Of a DNA stretch of 64,000 nucleotides, positions 56,549 through 64,000 are shown piece by piece. Numbering within the stretch: the first letter of the stretch is position 1; each line of letters opens with the position of its first letter. Origin of the DNA: an uncultured Chloroflexia bacterium (GTDB lineage Bacteria; Chloroflexota; Limnocylindria; Limnocylindrales; CSP1-4); assembly GCA_963749705.1 (NCBI GenBank), contig CAVVNQ010000008.1, forward strand, positions 331,692 to 395,691. The letters run 5' to 3'. The translations under genes were made by a program, and so were the position numbers. The notes beneath the pieces are model-generated. The model was not told the origin of the DNA and searched no databases. It saw only the letters and a program-made list of their open reading frames with translations.

Positions 56549-57715
56549 TCACGCGACTGAGACGCGCAGCGCCTCGATAACACGGCTCTGTGCCTCGTGG
56601 CTCAGCGAGGACGACGAAGGCAGACTGATTGCGGCTGCGAAGGCCCGTTCTGCGGCCGCACCCCCAAGTCGCGCAGCGTCAGAATAGGGCGCGAGAGTGT
56701 GGATCGGTGTCCAGATCGGTCTTGCATCTATCGCGCGCTCGGCGAGTGCATCCAGGACGCGGTCCCGCTCGGAGGCATCTGGAGTGGCCAGACGAGCCGT
56801 ATAGAGCCAGAAGCTCGGATCCGCCCACGCCGCCCGGGCCGCAGGCCGCAAGCCGGGTATCGTGGCGATCGCCTCGTCGTAGCGGGCAGCCAACGCTCGT
56901 CGCGCAGCAAGCAGGCCCGGGAGTTGCTCGAGCTGGGCCACGCCAAGGGCAGCGGCAAGATTCGATAGGCGGTAGTTGTAGCCAACCGCGTCGTGGTTGT
57001 AGGCGCGGCCCGGCACACGCGCCTGGGTCGAGAGGTGCCTCGCCGCGTTGGCGAGGGCCTCGTCATTCGTCGTTACCATGCCGCCGCCGCCAGTGGTGAT
57101 CAGTTTGTTGCCATTGAAGCTGAAGCAGCCGACACGGCCAACAGAGCCGATGACGCGCCCTGCCAAGGCACCACCAACGTATGTCGCGCCGAGGGCTTCC
57201 GATGCGTCCTCGATAATCGGCACGCCGTGCTGCTCAGCGGCGCCAAGGATGGGCTCCAGGTCCGCCGGGTGGCCGACCAGGTGAACCACTTCGATTGCTT
57301 TGGGCTGCCGCAGACCAAGTCTGGCTCTCCGGTTGAGCTCATCAACCACGATCCCGGCGTCGATGTTGAGCGTCGCTTCCTCGCTATCGACCAGCACTGG
57401 TGTGGCGCGCTGGTATCGGATCGGGTTGGCGGACGCGATGAAGGTCAGGGTCGGCACGAAGACCTCGTCCCCGGGCCCCACATCGAGGGTTCGCATGGCT
57501 AGATGCAGCGCTGCCGTGCCGGAGGCACAGGCCACGGCGTAACGGCTGCCTACTGCGGAAGCGAACTCGTGTTCAAACCGATCGACGAACGGTCCGACGG
57601 AGGACACGAAGTTGGTGTCGAGACACTCGCGCAGGTATCGCTCCGCGTTCCCTCCAAGCGTCGGCTCGGCCAGCGGGATCCGCGGAAGCGGCTCAGAGCT
57701 GGGCACGATCGACAT
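56549..57715 (-). CDS. legC: LegC/DegT-family PLP sugar aminotransferase
   Basis: FVSSVG, SGTAALH, EDASEALG, SFNGNKLITTGGGG, GYNYRLSN. Confidence 0.88.
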   Translation of the reverse strand: MSIVPSSEPLPRIPLAEPTLGGNAERYLRECLDTNFVSSVGPFVDRFEHEFASAVGSRYAVACASGTAALHLAMRTLDVGPGDEVFVPTLTFIASANPIRYQRATPVLVDSEEATLNIDAGIVVDELNRRARLGLRQPKAIEVVHLVGHPADLEPILGAAEQHGVPIIEDASEALGATYVGGALAGRVIGSVGRVGCFSFNGNKLITTGGGGMVTTNDEALANAARHLSTQARVPGRAYNHDAVGYNYRLSNLAAALGVAQLEQLPGLLAARRALAARYDEAIATIPGLRPAARAAWADPSFWLYTARLATPDASERDRVLDALAERAIDARPIWTPIHTLAPYSDAARLGGAAAERAFAAAISLPSSSSLSHEAQSRVIEALRVSVA

Positions 57716-58686
57716 CACCGGGTTCGGGGTGAGCTCGCATCCAGTCAATCGTCTTCTGGAGACCATCCTCCAGGCTCGTGAGTAGCCTCCCAGCCAAGAA
57801 GCTGGCCGGCACGGGTCGGGTCGGACTGCAAGACGAGCACCTCGCTCGCCGGGGGCCGTAGCCGGTCGGCATCCTCGACGGGGACGGCGTCGATGCCGAC
57901 AAGGCGGCAGGCGACCTCGAAGAGATCGCGGATCGACTCGCTCCGTCCCGTTCCGAGCTGGATCGTCGCACCCTCGATCCCCGGCGCCGTCGCCGCCCGG
58001 ACGAAACCATCCACCGTGTCGGCAACGTAGGTCATGTCGCGGCGTGGATCCAGACGACCGAGGCGGACCTCCGTGCGGCCTGCGAGCAGCTGGCGAAGCA
58101 TCGTGGGCAGGACGGCGCGCGTTGACTGGCGTGGCCCGTACGTGTTGAACGGGCGGAGTACGACGGCTGGCAGCCCGAAGCTCCGGTGGTAGGCGAGCGT
58201 CAACTGGTCTGCTGCCACCTTGGTTGCCGCGTACGGCGACTGCGCGTTGAGCGCGTGCTCCTCGGTGATCGGGAGCGACGTCGGCGTTCCGTAGACCTCG
58301 CTCGTGCTCGTGACAATGAGGCGCCTGACTCCGGCCCTTCGGGACGCCTCGAGAACATTGAGCGTCCCCGGACGTTCGTGTCAACGAATGACTCGGGGGC
58401 CAGCGTATGAGTACGGGATTGCGATTAGCGCAGCGAGGTGGAACACGATCTCGACGCCATCGGATGCCTCGGCAACGAAGCCCGCGTCGCGAATGTCGCC
58501 AAGCCGCACGTCCACTGCGGCCCGAACCTCCGGCGGCGACTCGTCGAGCCAGCCCCAGCTCCCGCGCGATGTGTAGAGGCAGAATGCTCGAACGCGGGCG
58601 CCCTCGGCAACCAGTCGCTCGACGAGGTGGCTGCCGATGAACCCGTCGGCCCCGGTCACAAGGACCGGAGCATCGCGAAGGGTCAT
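57693..58686 (-). pseudogene. legB: NDP-GlcNAc 4,6-dehydratase (LegB-like), several frameshifts
   Basis: VTGADGFIGSHL, HLAALIAIPYSY, RPFNTYGPRQS and RDMTYVADT distributed over different frames. Confidence 0.85.
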
Positions 58687-59715
58687 GCGTCGCCGCCTCC
58701 TCGGGCTCGCTCGAGCTGTTCCCGCTGACCGACGTCGATCCAGTCGTCTTCGATCTCGAAGGCACCGACGCGCTCGCCGCGGTCAAGCGCGTCACCGATC
58801 AGGTCGGGCATCGCAAGCTGCTGTCCGGGCTCGACGCGAGCGACCAGCCGTGGGGAAGGGCATAGATGCCGGTGTTGACGTCGCGTGTCAGCGCCGGTTT
58901 CTCCTCGAGCCGCAGGACTCGGTCGCCGTCACGATCCACGCACCCGAACGGGACTGCATGGACGTAGCGGCGGATGCCGATCGTCGCAGCGCGGTCGTCG
59001 GCGACGTGCGCGTCGAGGAGCCCTCCGAGGTCAGCCTGGGTCACGAGGTCGCCGTTCATGACAAGGATGGGCTCCTCGGGCGCTCCGGGAGGAGGCCGAG
59101 CGCTCCGCCGGTTCCGAGCGGTTCTCCTCGCGCAGATACTCGATCTGCGCCCGAACGGGCCCGTCGCCAAAGTGCGCCTCGATCTGATCGCCGAGGTACC
59201 CGATGGCGAGGTAGATCCGATGGATGCCGTGGCCAACGAGGTGCAGCACGATCCGCTCGAGGATCGGCCGGCCGGCGACTCGGAGCATGGGCTTGGGGAC
59301 GGTCTCGGTCAGGGGCCGCAGCCGAACACCGCGGCCCCCGGCCATAACCACAGCCCATTCGGACGGTCGATCGGGGCAAGAACCTCGTCCAGCAGGTGGA
59401 GCGCAACGGGCGGCCCGCCGTCGACCACCGGGACGGCGCCGATCCGGCGGGCACGCATCAGCTCCAGGACCTGCGCCCGACCCTCGCGAGGCGAAGCGGC
59501 GACGAAGTCGCTCGTCAGATGAGGGCCGAGGGATCGTCCAGTCCAGCCCCGCGGAGAAGCGCCCGTCGGATGTCACCGTCCGTCGCCACGCCGGTTAGTC
59601 GGCCATCCTGCTCGACCGCGAGCACGATCCGCCGCGCACCGGCGTCGAGAGCTTGCATGGCATCGCGAAGCGTTCCGTTGGCGGAGATGACGGAACTTGC
59701 GAACGGCTCCATCAA
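58683..59715 (-). pseudogene. CBS-domain sugar-phosphate nucleotidyltransferase (PtmE-like), several frameshifts
   Basis: TDGDIRRALL, MAGGRGVRLRPLT..PKPML, PLGTGG, VMNGDL, EEKP in different frames. Confidence 0.85.
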
Positions 59716-60364
59716 TGCGTGCCACGCGGTCGCGCTGGCAATCCCAGGACGGTCGTCCCGGGAGGGACGTTGGACACCACGATGGCCCCCATCCCGATGA
59801 TCGCGTTCGCCAACGATGGGTGGTCCCTGATCACGCAGCCCATCCCCGCAAAGACCCCGTCGCCGAGCTTCGCACCCCCGCCGACGATGGCCCCCGGGCC
59901 GATATGGGAAAAAGGACCGACGACCGAGTCATGCTCCACAACCGCGTGAGTGTTGATGATCGCCTGGGGCCCGATCTCAGCCCCCGCATTCACAACCGCG
60001 CCAGCGAGCACGACGGCCCCCGGACGAAGGACGGCCGCGGAGAAACCCAGGCGGCCGGGTGCACAATCGTGGCCCAAGGGCCGGCGCCGGCCATGTCGTA
60101 CCGAGCAGCAGCGGCGCGACGGGCGACAGGCGGACCGATCCCGCCAATACCCAGCATCAGGGTCGCACGACGGTCCGGCGGAACGCCCGCCACCGAGGCC
60201 AGGTATGCCGCGTCATCACCCAGATGCGCCACCCCGAGCAGGGACCGAGTCCGCTCGGCGGGATCGATGTCGATGATCCCGACCACGTCCCAGCCGCCAC
60301 TCTCACGCGCGGCGTCGACGACGACCCGAGCGTGCTCTCCCCCTCCGACCACGATCAGTGGCAC
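59712..60364 (-). pseudogene. neuD: NeuD/PglD-family hexapeptide acetyltransferase, frameshifted
   Basis: GGGEHARVV, IVHP, IINT.AVVEHD, GLPARP across two frames. Confidence 0.85.
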
Positions 60365-60367
60365 GGG

Positions 60368-61534
60368 TCACCCGCCCTGCCGCCTGCCAGACCTTGCGAG
60401 GCGGTAACGGCGGCGACCATGCCGCGATGATACCGGCGATCCGTTCGCCGGCCCGGCCATCCTTCCGGGTGGATGAGCAGCCGCGACGGTGCCCCGGAAG
60501 GCGGGCAGCAGAACTCTTCGGAGGGCACCCGCAATCGCCTCAGGCTCCGCCGCAACGTCGACCACGTCTACTTCCCGGCGTCGCCCGGCCTGACGATCGC
60601 CGACGTTGACTACCGGCAGATCAACCACCGGCGCTTCGATCAGGCCGCTCGAACTGTTACCGAGCATCGCGTCGGCAATCCGCATCAGACCCCAATAGCG
60701 CCGCCCGCCCAGCGCCTCGAGAATGACGGCGCCCCGGGAGAATCAGGTGGTGGGAGTGCCAACATGGCGCCGAATCGCAGCGCCTCCGGGATCTGAGTTC
60801 GGCAGGGTGACCACGTAGGTCGCCGGAATCGCCGACATCGCAGTGATCACGGGATACACGACCGCGGCCGGGTCCGAGCTGAGCGTGGTCGGATGGACCG
60901 TGACGAGCACGACCGGCGCCCGGAGCGGCCGCCCGAGCTCGGGCTCGAGGGATGCCCGATCGGGGAGGTCGCTGCGGAACGCGGAGTCGAGCCCCGGCGC
61001 GCCGACGACATGCACAGTTGCAGGGTCTTCGCCCATGGCGATAACCCGCCGGGCATGGTCCGGGTGGCTCACGAGATGGAGGTGAGCCATCTTCGTGATG
61101 GCATTCCTGAGTTGATCATCGAACGCTCCCGCCGTCACCTCGCCCCCGTGCAGGTGGACGATCGCAACCCGCTCCAGGGTTGCGGCCAAGGCCGCTGCAG
61201 CCGTCTCGAGCCGGTCGCCAGCGAGCACCAGCGCATCGAGGTCTGCCTCGGATGCCACCAGCGACGAGTTCGAGTGCCCGGGCGGCCTGGATCGCCGCCG
61301 GCGGGTCGTCATCGGGCCACCCGTCGAGCCACGGGAGCTCAGCCGCAGGGCTGAAACCGTCTTCCTGCACGATTGAGATGGTGCGCCCGTGCCGGCCCGA
61401 GAGGTGCATCCCCCCGACCAGAAGCACAAGCTCCAGCTTGGTCGCCTCGCGATTGCCGCGCAGGTTGACCGCAGGATCCCCCAGTCCTGGCGACCCGTGG
61501 TGAGAACTCCGATCCGGCGGGTGCGGGTATTCAT
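60368..61534 (-). pseudogene. neuC: Hydrolysing NDP-sugar 2-epimerase (NeuC/LegG), frameshifted
   Basis: TTGRQDWG, GMHLS, GDRLE, HLHGGE, VTVHP, GNSSSGLIEAP, NVGDRQ. Confidence 0.85.
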
Positions 61535-62580
61535 TCAGGGCCGTCGGCGAGGTCGTCAGGCCGGATCAACGTACCGGCCACAACCGTGCGCGCCACACGT
61601 CGGCCGACCACTGACGGGACCTCGCGGGGCGGGATCCCGGTGCCGGGACGAAGAGCCACCACGTCCCCGCACTCACGCCCCCGCGCCCGTGGCCAATGGC
61701 CCAGTGCAGGCTGCGCCGTGCCACCGATGCAACCTCCAGTTCCGCCGCGACGGGGACCTTCTCTCCGTTGCCCCGGGCAGCCTCGACGCCTCGGATCGCG
61801 GCGACCATTGCCTTTAGCTCCTCGGGCTCCAGCGACGCCGCATGATCAGGGCCATGAAGCCCCCGGTCGAGGGTGACGTGCTTCTCCAACAGGTCGGCAC
61901 CGAGCGCGACCGCGGCGATGGGAAGTCCGATGCCGGGGGTGTGATCTGACCAGCCCGCGGGAACTCCAAAGGCTGCACGCAGCGTCTCGATTGCGCGCAA
62001 GTTGGCATCTTCCGGGCGTGCAGGATATGCCGACACGCAGTGGAGGAGCGCGGCCGGCGGGTCGCCTGCGGCGGCGATCGCCTCGACAGCGTCCGCGACC
62101 TCGGCCATGGTTGCCATCCCGGTCGATACGAGGAGCGGCCGCCCCTTCCTCGCGAGATACGCGAGGAAGCCCGTGTTGGTCAACTCGCCGGAGCCCACCT
62201 TGAATGCGGGCACATCGAGGTCCTCCAGCAGGTCGGCGGAGCCCTCATCGAAGGGGCTGGAGAGGAAGACCATTCGTCGCTCGCGCGCATGGGCTTGCAG
62301 GGCGGCCCAAGTCTCCCGCGGAAGCGCGAGTCTGGCCAGCATCTCGCGCTGGTCGGCCGCCCCTTCTCCCGCCGCGCGCTGGTAGGCGGCTGTCGGCGCT
62401 CCGGTAGCTGCGAGTCGCGCCGGGTCAAACGTCTGGAACTTGACGACGTCTGCACCAGCATCGGCGGCGACGTCGACGAGCCTGTGCGCGAGTTCTGGAT
62501 TGCCATTGTGATTGACGCCCACCTCGGCAATCACGAGGCAGCGGCCTGCGCCGACGGATCGATCGCAATTGAAAGCGTGC
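61535..62580 (-). CDS. neuB: Nonulosonic acid synthase (NeuB/LegI); frameshifts at both ends, probably fused to upstream NeuA
   Basis: IAEVGVNHNG, VKFQTF, KVGSGE, STGM, LHCVSAYP, SDHT, EKHVTLD, DH.ASLEP. Confidence 0.88.
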
Positions 62581-63271
62581 GCGGCCGCGCTCGCGCCAAG
62601 GCGTCGGCGACCTGCAGGTCCGCCTCTTCATCGACGTCGATGCTGCGGTCGGCGGGGACGACGAAGGCCCCCGTACGCCCGCTGATAACAAAGCGACCGG
62701 CTGATTGGAGCGCGTCCGGGCCGATCACATAGAACGCGCCCGAGAGCACTAGCGATGGTTCGTCGGGCGGATGTCCGACAATAACCCCACTCTCGTCCAG
62801 AGTCTGGTGCCATGCCACAGGGTGGGTCGGCGTGACCGACACTACCGGGGCCCCAGTTTCATCGAAGCGGGCGATCGCAGCCACGATATCGGCCGGATCG
62901 TCAGTGGTGAGGTCGGCTGCAGCAGAACGACAGCACGGAAGCGCCGACCCGAGGCACGCCAACGTCGCCATGGCGTGGAGAGCGACATCGACGGACGTGC
63001 CGAGTCATCAGCGAGGGCCGCGGGCCTCAGCAGGGGACTTCGGCATGCCATGTCGAGGCGCACGCGGCGATGGCCGGGTCGTCCGTCGAGCAGACAACAG
63101 CATGGGGCCCGCCGGGGATCACGGCAGCGCCGGCCGCTCGTGCCGCACGGACCGTCCTGCGCCACGAGCGGGATTGCCCGCCACCAAGCGCATGTTCTTG
63201 CCTGGCGACGCGGCGGCTGCCTCCGCCGGGTCAGGCACGAGGAAGAGGATAGGCAGGGTCGAGAGTTGCAT
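62581..63271 (-). pseudogene. neuA: CMP-nonulosonate synthetase (NeuA/LegF) domain, frameshifted
   Basis: PGKN, RPAALADDSA, LLQPTSPL, GAFY, SIDVDEEADL in different frames. Confidence 0.8.
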
Positions 63272-63359
63272 GCGCGAACGATCTTACTTGTGCGTGCCCT
63301 GCACGCGACGCGCGGGCGAGCAGGGCAACCTCGCGCTCCTCTATGCCTGCTTGGCGCGG

Positions 63360-64000
63360 CTAACAGGTCGTCCAGCCGCCGCTCGACGACCAGTCCGTGT
63401 CCAGTTACGTACTTCGAGAGATCGCTCGCCAGGAACGCCACCGCACCCTTGAAGTCGTCCTCGACGGCCATGCGGGCAAGTGGGGTCCGTGCCTCGTAGC
63501 GCGCCTTGAACGCGGCATCTTGCCCCCGTTCGATCCCGCCGCACACGATCGCGTTCACCCGGATCCGGGGCGCCAGACTCGTCGCCATCCACCTCGTTCA
63601 GGCCCATCAGCCCGGCCTTGCTGGCAGCGTAGGCGGCGGGATTGTTGAGGTCCGTTCCCTCGTAGAGTCGCCGGTCAGGTCCGACGACGGCGTAGATCGA
63701 GGCCACGTTGATGATCGAGGCAGCAGACGAGGTCGCGAGCAGGGGGGAGCACGCCTGGGCAAGTGCGAACGGCGCAATCAGGTTCACGTCGATGGCCTTG
63801 CGCCACGTACCCAACGACTGATGCTCGAAGGGAACCGCCCAGCCGGGCAGCCCGGACGTCCCGACCAGCGCGGCGTTGTTCACGATGACGTCGAGTCGCC
63901 CGAAGCGGTCCTCGATCGCGTCCGGAACTCTCCGGACCGCGTCGTCCCTGGCTAGGTCGACCGCCAGCGGCATCACATCCACGCCGTGGGTCGTCCGCAA
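63360..64000 (-). pseudogene. SDR oxidoreductase (PtmA-like), 5'-truncated by the window edge and frameshifted
   Basis: LDVIVNNA, IINVASIY, YAASKAG, IRVNAIVCGG, TPLARMA, YVTG. Confidence 0.8.

Overview
Very GC-rich bacterial chromosomal window. The gene families and style suggest a Chloroflexota genome, possibly Limnocylindria/Ellin6529-like (inference only). From left to right it holds: the greA/greB 3' end; an alpha/beta-hydrolase-Tag glycosylase fusion; an ABC exporter; an Opp/Dpp ABC importer clustered with a SolA-like oxidase, Rieske oxygenase, NUDIX and CocE/NonD hydrolase; a cyclic-nucleotide signalling island (two stand-alone cNMP-binding proteins, a flavoprotein, two tandem cyclase-STAND-TPR genes); thyX, a DUF4397 protein, PNP and moaA; an acidic coiled-coil protein with a CpaE/MinD-like ATPase; acs and mscS; an IclR/aminotransferase/oxidase set; a degenerate MTase-nuclease-like protein; a probable 6S RNA; a TPR-HIRAN-like protein, polX, two diguanylate cyclases and a DUF3048 lipoprotein; and a frameshift-riddled legionaminic-acid-type (leg/ptm/neu) surface glycan locus. 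The most striking unexplained element is a ~310-nt structured, apparently non-coding minus-strand RNA between punA and moaA (28503-28822). It has its own sigma70-like promoter and upstream DnaA-box-like sites. It carries three back-to-back hairpins at an exact 34-nt period whose stems are unrelated but whose 13-nt loops are conserved and resemble the 16S rRNA anti-Shine-Dalgarno tail. Many genes in the window appear leaderless. All calls are from manual reading; no database search or folding program was run.
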